Assembly: GCF_018350175.1 (NCBI RefSeq)
Contig: NC_058373.1
Coordinates: 117,988,001-118,052,000, forward strand
From: Felis catus
Lineage: Eukaryota
Length of the DNA: 64,000 nt
Reading direction: 5' to 3'
The notes beneath the pieces are model-generated. The model was not told the origin of the DNA. It saw nothing but the letters and a program-made list of their open reading frames with translations, and did no database searches. This document shows, one piece after another, positions 46,379 to 59,077 of the stretch (its first letter is position 1; each line of letters opens with the position of its first letter). Both the position numbers and the translations under genes were made by a program.

Positions 46379-49300
46379 CTGTGGCAGGAGCAAACGACGA
46401 TGAGCGGGATACACGGACCCAGCACGCCGAGTCCCACCGGGCAAGAAGCATCCTCGGGCACCTCTGGCTCGCAGTCCTGCTGCGCACACAGTCCCCTACA
46501 GAGGCCTTCACCCCGTACCGTGCGGCTCTGAATCTCCAGAGCTGGCACCTAGGCACTGGGCTCCCGGGTGACCCTGAGGCGCAGCTCCAGTAAGAACCAC
46601 TGGAGTAACAATAAAGCAGCCCAGACTCTGGGAGTCGGGACATCCCTTCGTTCCAACCCCAGCTCCACTGAGCACGTGTTCATTAGCAGCTGCAGGATTA
46701 AGAGACGGTTCCCTAACCCCTCAGGGCCCTGGCTTCCTCATCTTCAACAAGCCACATTCAAGAGCAGCTGTGGGGATTACGAGAAAGAACATGTCTAACG
46801 TTGGGACCCGCCAGCCAGAGAGCGCTCAGCAGGTGAGCCCCGTGGGGAGCAGACAGCAGGCTCTCTGTGCCAAGGGCAGCCCTGCTTCTCCAGGTACCCC
46901 TGAGAGCAGATGCAACCTGAGCTTCAAGCCTAGGCAAACTTATTCCTATACCCTCGAGTCAAAAGTTCATCTACTCACCTTCGAGCCCCAGTGGTGGTAA
47001 ATCAGATCCAAGCAATTTTCACCACCACCCAAGCCAGGAGCCTCTGGTTGCTCCCTTGCAATGGGCAGAGACAGCTGAGGCCCAGCCAACCCTGCCTAAG
47101 CCTTCCACACACCGGTGCGTTTCCCTCCCATCAGGAGGTAAATAAAGATCTTCTATCCTAAATGAAGAACTGACTAGTGAGGTAGATTAAAGACAGCCAC
47201 AAATTCTGACGCTCCTGCCCCTCCCTCAGACCCAGGCAGGCTTTGTGACTAGGGGAAACTAGAGTAGGAGTACCAGCTTCCAGGCCCAGACCTTAAGACA
47301 TTGCTGATTTCTACTTCCTACCTCTCGGAACAGGAGTCCTAAGCACCCCATGTAAAAAGTCTTAACTCCCACTGGAGAAACCATGAAGAGAAGCCTGGAG
47401 AATACACGGAGATGAGTTCTACCAAGCCCACCTTCCAGGCATCCCTGACAAAGTACCCAGCATGTGAGTGAGGTTGGCTTGACCCCTCAAGACGGGTCAG
47501 GCTGCCATACTAGAGCCATCAGATGGAAACTCTAGGCAATGCCACCTGACCAGAATAATAACCATTCCGGACTCAAAGTTGTGAGACATGATGAAATGGT
47601 GGTTGTTTTCAGCCTTTACATGTCCAGGTAGTTTGTTAGACGGCAATAGATGGTGTAAAGAGATGGCCTCCGGGAATAAACACAAAGGTATGCAGAAGCA
47701 AGAAAATGTACATTCTCAGTCAACTCCTTGCTGTCCAACTCAATCTAGGTCAGCAAGCTCTGACAAAATGACAGCCCAGGGCACCGTGAAACCCCTCATC
47801 CCATGTACACTACACCCACCTAGTGGTATGTCAATGGCTGTCACTACAGCTCCCAAAGTGCTCTGCACGGCCTCGCCCACCTTCCGAGCAATCAACGTCC
47901 CACCTTCATCGTCAGCCTGTGCTTCGGTAACATCTGTGGACAATGAGAAAGGAAAAGCCATCACCTCTTAGGTCATTTCCCAAATGGAAAACTGGGGCAA
48001 ACACTGTGCTACCCTATAAAGACTATAGGGGTCTGGGCTGTGGGTCAGGACACACCCTGACACCAAGTGACCTCTGTTAGTCCTTTACTTCACTCTGGAG
48101 CTGTTTTAGAACCAGAAAGGGTCTAGGAACAGGACCAAGAGCCTTCTCCAGGAAGAAGATCCAGTCTAAGCCATGTCTGATAAACGCAGGACAGGGCTAA
48201 GCCCCCCAACCCAGGACTAGCACCCCCTAGGACTCTATTAACAAAGAGCGTAGAGGATGCCAGCCAGGACCAGGGGAGCAGCTGCCCTTAGAAGAGTGAC
48301 TGGGTTAGGAACAGGGTTACGGGGCGCCTCGGTGGCTCAGTCGGTTAAGTGTCAGACTTTAGCTCAGGTCATGATCTCTTAGTTCGTGAGTTTGAGCCCT
48401 GCATCAGGCTCTCTGCTGTCAGCACGGAGCCCGCTTCAGATCCTCTGTCTCCCTCTCTCTCCCTCCCCAACTTGCTCTCTCTCTCTCTCTCAAAAATAAA
48501 CATTTCGAAAAAAAAGAACAGGATTAGGCATGTGGGGGTCCACTTCCCAGTACCCTGTGCCAAAGAGAGGGTCCCCTCCACCCTTGCAGCCCCTGGGCCC
48601 CACGTTACCTAACTGGACATTCCTGGCTTCATAGCAGTTGTCACACACCCGCACAGGCGCAGGGCCCCAGCCCCGCTCGGGCACTGGCCGGGTCTTGGAT
48701 GAACAGCTGTCACAGAAGCCCTCCCCACAGGCCCGGCAGTGATGCTTGGTGTCGTTATCTTTAAAGGATGTAGCACATTTGTTGCAGCTCTGTTCCAAGC
48801 CCAAAACAGAGAGGCAGGTATTATTCGTTTCTGCTCAGCTGAGAAAAGTCAGCGAGACCCAGGGGAGGACCACAGGACACTTGGAACGGCAGGAACCCAA
48901 CAGTTGTAACGGAGAGAACCTAAGGCCTCCGGTCACATGGAATGCACCCACTGAAGCACAGCTGTGACTATCATTTTCTTCCAAGAAATACCTGGAAAGG
49001 CACCTTATATCTATTTGGCTGAGTCACAGCGTTCTCAGAAAAACTATGCTAATTCTAGCCAGGAGACCAATGAGAATTCATTTTTTTCCTACAGCTTCCC
49101 AAAAGAGCCTTTGGGAAGTTGGTGGAGAGTGAGCTTCCCGTCACAAAGTGTTTGGACCAAAGCTGGGGACTCCCTTGATGTGGTTACTGTAGAGATTTAT
49201 GAGCCAGGCCAAATGACCTCTAAATTGCCCCTTTCCCTCCAGATTCTGTTATCTAGGACTTCAGACATCTATCTAACCAATAATGACTAGCCCCTGCAGG

Positions 49301-52300
49301 CCAAGAAACTAAAACCCACTGGAAAGAAAATCACAGAGTAACACAAAGGGAAATCAATGGGCAAAGAGAACACTGGCTGCCTCGATGCACCCCGCCTTTT
49401 CTAATACCTGGGAGCTAATCTGAAAGAGAAATTCCACACCTCCCTCACAAAATAAGCTTAGAATGGGGCAAAGCGGCACCAGCATGGGCCACACCAGGGA
49501 TGCGGGTGCATCCTGCCACACCATACCAGGATCTGGGAGTTGGGCCTCCAGTACGCAGGGGCGATCTGGTCTGTCAGCCAGGAAGTCACAGCCTTGGTGG
49601 GCCCAAGGCTAAGCTCAGACACTGACTGAGCCATAAAGTTCATCCCATCCAAGAGGCGCTGGGCAGCATTGTTGTTGTCCTTCAGAAAGCCATCGGTCTG
49701 AAATGAAAATGCAGGCTCCCATCATTCTCCGAAAAGAGCAAAAGGAAGGGAGGCGAGGGGTCTCAGGTGAGTAGCACACTCATCACGGTCAACTCAGAAC
49801 CACAAACTCCCGGGCAGAAAAGAGTAGACCAGGAGTCCCTCTGGCTTCTAGGCAATACCACAGCCAACCAGTCATTACTGACTTATTCCTTTCAAGGCGA
49901 CAAGATCTGGTGGACAGCTGTTCAGTTCAGGCCTTACCTGCCAAACAACATGTACAATCCAGGAGATACTCGAGTAAGGATGGTACCTCCTCCAGGAAGC
50001 CCCCCACCCCAGGCTGGGTTTAGCCCTTCCTCTCGGTTTCTTCTGAGAATCCTATTTTCACATGTAAAGACAGTATCTGTTTACATATTTGACTATTAGA
50101 CCAAACCCTCTGAAAATAACCTATCTTCTTCATTTTTGTATTTTTAAGTGTCTAGTTCAATTCTGGGCATACAGTACTCAACCAACCTAAGTTCAAATAA
50201 TGAAGGAGTGAATGAACGAACAGAAGGGGAGGGGCCTGTATCCTCTAATCCTAAGGACCATGAGGAATGTGGCCTAAAAGTGAACTATGATATTACTACT
50301 TTCTTGGAATAGAACTATTTACCATAGAGACAACAGCTTTCACAAGAACAAACACAGATCCAAAAACAAAAGACGTTAGTCATAAAAAAGTACAGTGAAA
50401 AATTATACTAGTTCAAGGCCACACTAAGTCCTTGGGACAGGATGGCCTGGCCCATCATGCCAAGAGGGTGGGTTCCTGAAGTGAGACCATCCCACAGGGA
50501 CAAATTTTAGTGGGGCTGGAAACTGGAGACAGGAGGAACAAAACACTAAGGACATCTTCAGTTTTATGAGCTGTAGGACCTGGAAAAGCTCAAGATGGTT
50601 GCAGGGAGCCTGTCAGGCTGACCGGTAGCCTTAGGAGTCACCCAGCAAGTAAGATAAGTTCCTTAGAGAAAAATCTTTTTTTTTCCTACGAATAGAAAAT
50701 GTGTTTTGAATTACTGGCAATTCCAAGTGTGAGTTGTGGTTTGATGCAGAATGAAATCACCACATCGCTACCTCAAAATTGAATTCAAAAGTCAAATGAA
50801 AAAATAGGGTCTACAGTAATCCCACTTCTTAGAATATATTGCAAGAAAATTTCCCAGAACAAAGGCTTTCTTACATAAAGAATGTCATAGCATTTTGATA
50901 ATAAAAACATTATGTGAACAGCATAAATATTCAAAAAAGGGGGGATGGGGAGGGGCACCTGGGTGGCTCACTTGGTTAAGTATCCAACTCGACTTCAGCT
51001 CAGGTCATGATCTCACGGTTCATGAGACTGACTGCCCCCCATCGGGTTCCAAGCTATCAGCTTGGGGTTCTCTCTCTCCTTCTCCCCCTCCCACTCTCCC
51101 TCTCCCTCTCCACCCCTCCCCCACTCACACATGTGCTATCAAAATACAAATTTTTTTAATTTAAACATAAAAAAGGGGGGATGGGAATCAAAATAAAGCA
51201 TAAGACAATGTTACACAGTTGACTACAAAGGAAAATCATGAGAAGTGGAAGCAATGTGGAAATAAAATGATGGTATGAGGGGCATCTGGCTGGTTCAGCC
51301 AGTGGAACATGCGACTCTTGCTCTCAAGGTTGTGAGCTCAAGCCCTACACTGGGTGTGGAGGCTGCTTAAAAAATAAATAAAAATGGTGGGATGGGAAAA
51401 AAGCAGGTAAATGGCACGTAAATTACATTTGCATCTATACAAACATGCCTATGGAAAGGAGAATGTGAAAAAGTATTTCATTTGCTAAGGCAGTACAATA
51501 GGCCAACATTTAGTTTATTTAAAGTTCTCCTTCTAACATGGAGGGTATTAGGCTAAGTGAAATAAGTCAGGCAGAGAAAGATGCCATAAGTTTCTCAGGA
51601 TCCATGTATGAGTGAAAACATAACAGAAGACCAGTTGGGAGGGAAAGCGGGGCGGGGGGGCAGTCACAGAGAGGGAAGGGGGCAAACCGTAAGAGACTCT
51701 TCAATACTGAGAACAAACTGAGGGTTGATGGGGGGCAGGGGAGAGGGGAAAGTGGGTGATGGGCATTGAGGAGGTCACCTATCGGGATGAGCACTGGGTG
51801 TGGGACCACTGGGAAACCAATGTGACAAGAAATTATATATAAAAAAGATAAAATAAAAAATGAAGTTGTGCTTCTAACGTACATCCAAGAAGAAATGAAA
51901 ATAACGGTCTCGAACAAGAAAGGCTCTCCAGATCCTGCCTTCCTAAACCACCAATATATTAAAATTCATGGTTAACCTGAATTCCAAACAAGCTCCACTT
52001 TTCCACACACATGAATAACTGAACGATACAAGAAGAAAAACAGAACCGCTCTTACCCCCGGCCACACGTGCACAATCTCTGTCCGTACCACCGTATCCAC
52101 AGGATCTTGGTTCCCAAACCAGTACTGCCGGCTACGGTAGACCACGCCGCAGTTAGGACACTCGATCACATACCTACGAGGAAAGCAAACAGGCCCTGTT
52201 ACCCGGGCAGGTACCTGGCAGACGAACACACCAACAACCCTCAGCTACATCGTCGTCATTTAAACTCACCCAGACCAGGCATATTTTGCGAGACCCATCC

Positions 52301-55112
52301 AGGGGGAGTCAGTGGAAGCGGATGTCTTGGGCACTACGCTGACCTCCTTGCCTCTCTCATAGCAGGCCTGAAACATGGAGCACTCTGCCAGCTTCTTCTC
52401 TGTACACCAGACCCCCTGGCCTCTTTATGTCCCTGTCCAGCCCCCTCCCAACAAACCATACCAGCTGAGGGTTTACAGACTCGGGAGTTCACCACATCAG
52501 AGGAGGGATCATTACTCTAAAAAAAGCCAGTGCCCTGAACAATCATGAACTGAATGTGGCCCGGTCCCGGGCCCCAAAACTGAGCTGTAATTTATACCCA
52601 TCACGGTCCATTCAACTGGGTTCCTGCAGGGCACTCCTGCTCTGGGGAAGAATGAACAGTCAATGGACATGGCCCTGGCATAGAAGCCAACAGAATAACA
52701 GGAAAATCTGCTGGGAAGTCAATAAATAAATAAACCAAGGGGCCCCAGCATCAAAGGCCTCTTGAGTTCTTTTGGTTAAAGCTAGGGAAGAAGTTCCCGA
52801 GATACTCCGTTTGAGTATCAAATGCTTTGGGATACAGTAAAGGGTGGCCCCAAGCCAGTTCTCAAAAGCCGAGCAGAATCCGCAAGGCAGCCGCGGGAGC
52901 AGGGAGAAGCTCAGAGCACTCACCTTGCAGGTATAAACCCGGTTGTCGTACTGGTGGGAGTATCTGCAGCGGCTCTTGGCTTCGTGAGGGACTCCTTCTT
53001 TCCCATGGTTCATGCTGTTCTTACATCCAGCCCTGAGTGAAGCCCAAAAGCTGACGGTGAGGCGGCTAAAGAAGCCCCCGCCACTTCCACAGAGTCTGAG
53101 CCGGAGCCAGACACAGGGCCGAAACCAGACCTTGGTTACGAACTGGGCCCTGAATAGTGAGCACAGAGGGCACGGCGCATGTCTCAGAAATCCACATGCC
53201 TCTCTGGTACTTGAACCAACAGCGCTCAAAGGCACTACTGGCCTTGTGTGAGGAGAAAGGAGAAAAGGAGGAATCTCCTCCAGGAAAAGCCACCTGGTCC
53301 CACAGCGGAAAGGAGGAGCCTGAAGACGCCACCTTGACAGGAGATAAAGACTGAATGGCTCTCGGCAAACCCCCAAATCCAAAAAGCAGGAAACGGGAAG
53401 TTTAGCCAGAACAGGCTGCCAAGATGTAAAACAAAAACCAACCTCCAAAATTTGGCAATACGTTAAGAGGAGGCTTAAGCTGAACAAGAAAACCTTCCGA
53501 ATCAACAGTGAGCTTTGCCATCCTGACAAGGCAAAAACAGAGATTGGGACTTTAGAGTTTCACTGTGATAGAAGGGAAAGTTCTGGAAACCCTGGTGAGG
53601 CTGTTAGAATGGAAAAGTGATGACCCAAAAGAACCTAAGTCCCTCATGCTGGGCTATGGGGTAAACAAAAAGGAAGGTAAGTCATGCTGGCAACTACCAT
53701 CCCTCTTTCCTCACCAAAATAACCTTCATTCTCTGAGCCCAGACTGTGTAATCTAAGAACCAAATCCTTTTTACATATTCAGAGCCAAGGTGGTGGCCTT
53801 TCTGAGCCCAGCAGGTAGCCTACAGGGTTCCATGCAAAAACAAACAAACAAAACCTTTCACAAAAGGCTCAGATCTCCTCCCCTAAATGGATAAATCTGG
53901 AGGAGGAGGACCAGAGGTCCTGATGTGAGCAAAGACAATTCAATGGTGAAGAAGGTGGTGGGGTGGGGAAGTGTCTACGGGACCAGGAGACTGCAAAGCA
54001 CTTAAATCCGCCGAGCTCCATGGGACAAGTCACCTGACTGTGATTTAATAGCCATCAACAGCTCAAATTAATCCAGTGATCTTCAAAGGGTGGCCCCAAT
54101 CAGCAACATCAGCATTACCTGGGGACTTATCAGAAATGCAAACTCTCAGGCCCTACATCAGACCAACTGAATCAGAAACTGGGGAGGCAAGGCCCAACAA
54201 TCTGTTTTAACGTGTTTTTCTGGTGCACACTAAAATGGGAGAATCACTGCCTAAAGCCCCCGTAACAAAGTGTGGTCAACAGACCAGCAGCACAGCCATC
54301 ACCCGGGAGCGTGTTAGAAATACACAATCTTAAAAGCAGACCTTCTGGTTCAGAATCTGCATTTTAACAAAATCCCGAGGTGATAAATACACAGATTATA
54401 AAATTTGAGAAGCACTGCCCTAACTTCGAGTTCTCAACTCAACATATTACAATCATCTGAGGACCCTTCTTAAATGCACCAGTGTGAAGGCCCCACCCCA
54501 GATCTGTTAAGTGCGAATCCTTGGAAGGGAGGCCCAGGCCTTGATGATTTTGTAAGATCCCTGGATAATTCTAATGTGCTCGGAGTTTGCCCTCACGGTG
54601 AAAGGAATCAACCAGGACTAATACCTACCACAGAGCTTTGTACACACTAGGCTACCAAATATCAATGAGTTAAATGACTACAGCGAAAAAGCCTTGGTAG
54701 GAGAAACACAGAAAAACAAAGCAACTGAAGTTTTCTGTAGTAAAAACTTCCCAAACCAGAAGGCAATGGCCCATCTAAACCAGGTGGGAATCTTCAGAGG
54801 ATTCTTCATAATCATGTGTCTTACAACCTCAGAGTGTGGTCCCCCGACTGCCAGGACCACCTGGGTACTTATTGGCAGTGTCCTTCTCAGAGCCCCGCCC
54901 ATCCTTAATTCAGAGTCTGTGATTTACCCAGACCCTAGGTGATCCGCATGCACACTGAAGTCTGAATTCTGAGCCTCTTTTCCCAAGATGGCCAGCCTCA
55001 CTTACCCACAGCTGAGGCACAAGGAAGAGCAGGTGAAGTATTCATCTGGGAAAAAGGAGCTGTGCGCCATCTGGTCATCGGGGATCTCACCGCTGAAGCG
55101 GTCACTCAATGC
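46146..55112 (-). CDS. ZFYVE1: Zinc finger FYVE domain-containing protein 1 (DFCP1), 3' part: complement(join(46146..46378,47820..47933,48609..48789,49527..49697,52056..52173,52270..52367,52924..53032,55006..55112)), C-terminal 376 aa; upstream coding exons lie beyond the window
   Basis: Eight exons join in phase (1131 nt) with GT-AG boundaries. Two FYVE fingers (TKHHCRACG...RVC and SKHHCRACG...RVC) and the C-terminus NKKPGDL* match DFCP1 as recalled. Confidence 0.96.
47175..47655 (+). mobile_element. MaLR solo LTR (MLT1-like)
   Basis: Phrases ccaggcccagaccttaaga, catgtgagtgagg, gttgttttcagcc and tttgttagacggcaatagat are typical of MLT1 LTRs. Confidence 0.65.
47820..47933 (-). CDS. ZFYVE1: ZFYVE1 exon (DVTEAQADDEGGTLIARKVGEAVQSTLGAVVTAIDIPL)
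   Basis: cacAG acceptor, G|GTGGGT donor. Confidence 0.94.
48321..48515 (+). mobile_element. Can-SINE
   Basis: Consensus match. Approximate TSD gaacagggtta / gaacaggatta. Confidence 0.88.
48609..48789 (-). CDS. ZFYVE1: ZFYVE1 exon, FYVE finger 1 (SCNKC...TKHHCRACG...RVCDNC)
   Basis: aacAG acceptor, G|GTAACG donor, 8-Cys FYVE pattern. Confidence 0.96.
49527..49697 (-). CDS. ZFYVE1: ZFYVE1 exon (TDGFLKDNNNAAQRLLDGMNF...APAYWRPNSQIL)
   Basis: ttcAG acceptor, CTG|GTATGG donor, 171 nt. Confidence 0.95.
51539..51862 (+). mobile_element. 5'-truncated carnivore L1 3' end
   Basis: gctaagtgaaataagtcag...actgagaacaaactgagggttgatggg...A-rich tail. Approximate TSD aagttctccttctaac / aagttgtgcttctaac. 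Confidence 0.85.
52056..52173 (-). CDS. ZFYVE1: ZFYVE1 exon (YVIECPNCGVVYRSRQYWFGNQDPVDTVVRTEIVHVWPG)
   Basis: cgtAG acceptor, GGG|GTAAGA donor. Confidence 0.95.
52270..52367 (-). CDS. ZFYVE1: ZFYVE1 exon (ACYERGKEVSVVPKTSASTDSPWMGLAKYAWS)
   Basis: ttcAG acceptor, GG|GTGAGT donor. Read manually; not in the ORF track in this frame. Confidence 0.93.
52924..53032 (-). CDS. ZFYVE1: ZFYVE1 exon (AGCKNSMNHGKEGVPHEAKSRCRYSHQYDNRVYTCK)
   Basis: ctcAG acceptor, AAG|GTGAGT donor. Confidence 0.94.
54073..54965. mobile_element. Cluster of MER5-family hAT MITE remnants (about 54073-54585 and 54825-54965)
   Basis: Repeated MER5 phrases: cagcattacctggggacttatcagaaatgcaaactctcaggccc and gaatctgcattttaacaaaatccc. 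Confidence 0.7.
55006..55112 (-). CDS. ZFYVE1: ZFYVE1 exon (ALSDRFSGEIPDDQMAHSSFFPDEYFTCSSLCLSC)
   Basis: Minus-strand cAG acceptor and GG|GTAAGT donor. Confidence 0.93.
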
Positions 55113-55934
55113 CTGCCGAGGAGGGAAGGCGACACGTGAAGGCACTTGGCGGAGCCCCCCGTGCTTTGGCCCTTCCACTACGTGCCTTTCTAAGTCCCCC
55201 TCGCTGCTGGCTTATTTCTCACAGGCTCCACGGCCAGGAGAGGCAACCCAATGACTTCTGCTCCTCACCCTCGACCTTCTTGGCCCGACATGCCCCAGTC
55301 CTCACCACAGGAAACCTGAGGGAGAACCAGCTCATTTCCCAAGACGTCAGAAGGGAGCCAACAAAGTTACTGCGCTCTCCTGATTACCTTGGAGGTTAGG
55401 AACACCTCACACACTCAGTCTTTCATTCAAAACCACCCCAGACATTGACTGATGCCCACTGCATCTTTTGAAGCAGGAACCAAGGAACTGAGACCTGAGA
55501 AGAGGGCTCGTCTTTAAGTCAGAGAGAGGCAGAGCTGAGCGGTGAGCTGGGAGTTCCCTGGGCGTCTACCCCAGTTCTAACCACAGGCGCTCTTTTTCCG
55601 CTAGGCCACAGAACTATCTCAGTGTCAAAAGGAAGGCACCGGCCAAAAAACAAGGAAGAATACGGTGCCTGGCAGCCTTTTGTCAACTACAGTAACCTAA
55701 AAGACCGCAAATGGCCAAAATAAATGCCAAGAAAGATAAAGTATTTGCAAAAGCAAACTGAAGAATTTTATGTTGAAAGGTAGCTTTCACTGCTGGTCCT
55801 CTGTTTTCAGGCACTACTTTATACTGAAAGTATTTTTCAGGTTAACTTCCTCCTGCCAGGCCCTTACTCATATGCAATGGGAAAAAATTATATAAATTAA
55901 ATAGAAATGGGATTTTCTATTTTTATCTTAATGG

Positions 55935-56560
55935 GATTTATTTATTTTTGAGAGACAGAGACAGAGCACAAGCAGGGAGCGGCAGAGAGAGAGAGGGAGA
56001 CACAGAATCCGAAGCAGGCTCCCAACTCCGAGCTGTCAGCACAGAGCCCAACACAGGGCTCGAACCCAAGAACCGTGAGATCATGACCTGAGCCAAAGTC
56101 GGACCCTTAACTGACTAAGCCACCCAGGCGCCCAAACTTTAAAAATCATTATATGCATGCAGTTCCGGGCTTCGAAGTTTCAATCTCCCGTGCTGAGGCA
56201 GCCATGCATTATTCCAGGGGAAGAGAAGGAAAAGTGGCTAAAACAGAAAGACAAGTTATTTCCCTTAGTAAAAAGACAAAAGAAAATTTAAGATGCGATT
56301 TGGGAAAAGAGCAGATTGATTTTAAACTAAGGCTCTCGTGAGCGGCCCGAGTGGCTCAGTCAGTTGAGCATCCAACTTTGGCTCAGGTCACAATATCACA
56401 GTTCGTGAGTTCAAGCCCCACATTGGGTTCTGTGCTGACAGTTTGGAGCCGGGAACCTGCTTCGGATTCTGTGTCTCCCTCTCTCTCTCTCTCTGCCCCT
56501 CCCCCGTTTGTGTTCTGTCTCTGTCTCTCAAAAATAAATCAATGTAAAAAATAAAAATTT
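55935..56560. mobile_element. Divergent Can-SINE pair (about 55935-56133 -, 56340-56560 +)
   Basis: Consensus match. TSD tttaaactaaggctctcg for the second copy. Confidence 0.88.
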
Positions 56561-57032
56561 AAACTAAGGCTCTCGAGCTCTGAAGGGAATTTCACTTAAA
56601 TGAGAACTTGTTCAAGTTCCTTTTCCTTTTCTCAGTGAGGTCTTAGTATCCTGAATTCCAAAATCAAGTGTTTACAGAGGCACATGACATCAGTGTTGAG
56701 CCAGGCCAGGTGTGGGACACTAATGGCAAGGAATGTGTCAAAGTGAGGGTGGGTGCACGGCTCACCTAAGGGCATTCATATTCGGCCTCTGCGAGGCTAA
56801 GGCACGGGGCCCTGAAGACACCATCTGACAGCAATGGCCCAGCAAGTGCCAATCCTTCACTTAGACCAATAGAAAAGGCCTGACAAATAATACATGTAAG
56901 TCCTGTCCTCTTGGGGGTATTTTGTGAGGAGTAGCTTAGGGAAAACACTAAGCTTTACAGAGAGAGAATATAAATAACTATACATAGGAATATTAAAGAG
57001 AATAAACAAGAACCAAAAGTAGAATCACTCAC

Positions 57033-57400
57033 CAGTCTACATGGCCTACTCTGTCCCACTTCGAAATGACCCATCCTTCCAGGGGTTTTTGGTCTCGCCT
57101 CTTCCCCCAAAGCCTTCCCAACCCCTCAAGACATACCACACTCCAAACAGCCTTCTCCAAACAGCTGTCGTATTCGATACCTGACAGAGGCACTGAGTAG
57201 GCAATGAGGCAAAGTTACGGCCCAGCTGTACGGATGTGACCTCGCAGACGAGAAGACACGCGCTGTGAAAGCGGTTTCCTACCTTTGTATCCTCCGCTGA
57301 CTCCCAGCGAAGGTCGTGACAGGTGCTCAACTAGGACGTCGGAAACGAAGCGGTCCAACCCCCGTGCATACACCAACCTCCGCCCTGCCCTCCGCGCCAG
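57033..57400 (-). promoter_or_regulatory. ZFYVE1: Candidate internal promoter and alternative first exon of ZFYVE1 (short isoform)
   Basis: Local CpG enrichment 57160-57400, GC-box-like CCTCCGCCC near 57377, strong donor CTG|GTGAGT at 57032. Confidence 0.5.
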
Positions 57401-58029
57401 GTTTCATCTCATGCCCACAGACCCTCTCAAATTTAACGCCAGCTGCTCCCTGGTTTGCCAAATTACTGACAACTCTTAAAGCTGTATTTCTCCAACAGGT
57501 ATATGCATAGCTGTCTGGGGCTGGCTGTGGGAAAATACAGCATCATGTTCCTAATACATCAGTGTATTGAAAGATTTGGAGAGGAAGTTTGATAGATACA
57601 GACTGCGCAAACCCGGGCACAGTATGACACCGAACAATTTGGGTAAATAAAACATGAGACACCCCCCCACACCCCCCCGCAAAGGCATATCAGCTTGTAG
57701 TTTCCAGGTCTGCACCCTTTGTGCCTCTACTTCCTTATCTATAAGATGGGGATGCTGGTAGTACCTTCCTCAATAGGAGTCTTCACAATTAGACTATAAA
57801 GATCAGATGAACTTAAACATGAGGAGCACCTGGCATAAATTAAGAGCATAGAAAACACTCGCTGCCATTATTAACGTCCTTTGTGTTGTTTCCTATGCAG
57901 ATAATTTTCTTATTTTTTTCCTTGGATACCCTCCTACCTAATCCAGGTAACACACAGGGGATACAAGAACCTCCCTCCTTTCCAAGACAGCTCACTGGTC
58001 TTCACAGTTGCTTCCATTTGTTGGCGAAT

Positions 58030-58130
58030 TTTATTTAGTTAGCGAGCTCTATGCCCAAAGTGGGGACTGAACTCACGACCCTGAGATCAAGAGTCACATG
58101 CTCCACCGACTGAACCAGAGAGGGGCTCGC

Positions 58131-58161
<31 letters not shown>

Positions 58162-58162
58162 A

Positions 58163-58213
<51 letters not shown>

Positions 58214-58611
58214 ATTTAGTTTTGAAAGAGAGAGCAAGCTGAGGAGGGGCAGAGAAAGAGGGAGACCGAGCATCCGAAACAGGCTCTACACTGACAGCAG
58301 AGAGCCCAACACAGGGCCCGAACCCATGAACTGCGAGATCATGACCTGGGCCTAAGTCAGACATTCAACTGACTGAGCCACCCAGGTATCCCTATTTTAA
58401 AAAAATTTTTTTTTCAGTTTATTTTGAGAGACAGAGACAGAGAGACAGAGAATGAACACACGTGTGGGAGGAGCAAAGAGGGAGAATCCCAAGGAGGCTC
58501 CACTGTCAGCGCCAAGCCCGACGAGGGGCTCGATCTCACAAACCGTGAGATCATGACCTGAGCCAAAATCAAGAGTTGAACACTTTACCAACTATGCGAC
58601 CCAAGTACCCC
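58030..58611 (-). mobile_element. Minus-strand Can-SINE cluster with a (TTAG)n microsatellite (58131-58212) in a SINE tail
   Basis: Read directly; about 20 TTAG units. Confidence 0.88.
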
Positions 58612-58790
58612 TATTTTTTTTTCTTTAGTAGGCCCTATGGCCAATGTGGGGCTTGAACTCAGTGGGTGAATATTTAGTTGCAAAAAGACGTGTGTGTATC
58701 TGATGGGGTAACATAGGAAGGAAAAAAAAAAAAAAACTAAGGAACATAGAAGCTACTAAAGAGGTATAGGGAAAACCAAAAAAGAATACC

Positions 58791-59077
58791 TTAAGTCAGG
58801 CAGAGAAAGACAGGTACCATATGTTTTCACTCATATGTGGACCTTGAGAAATTTAACAGAAGACCATGGGGGAGGGGAAAGGGGCAAAAAAAGTTACAGA
58901 GAGGGAGGGAGGCAAACCATAAGAGACTCTTAAATACTGAGAACAAACTGAGGGTTGATGGGGGACGGGAGAGAGGGGAAAGTGGGTGATGGGCATTGAG
59001 GAGGGTGCTTGTTGGGATGAGCACTGGGTGTTGTATGGAAACCAATTTGCCAATAAATTATATTTTTTAAAAAAAAG
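58791..59077 (+). mobile_element. 5'-truncated carnivore L1 3' end
   Basis: Same L1 3'UTR text as 51539-51862. Confidence 0.85.

Noticed and set aside
46119..46593. Plus-strand ORFs antisense to the last ZFYVE1 exon
   Set aside because: Shadow ORFs of a GC-rich coding exon with no promoter or splice support.
52660..53529. Longest ORF in the track (289 aa, minus strand)
   Set aside because: Only 52924-53032 is a real ZFYVE1 exon. The rest is open intronic frame with no recognisable protein features.
58131..58212. (TTAG)n resembling a telomeric repeat
   Set aside because: Not TTAGGG. It is a microsatellite grown from a SINE A-rich tail.
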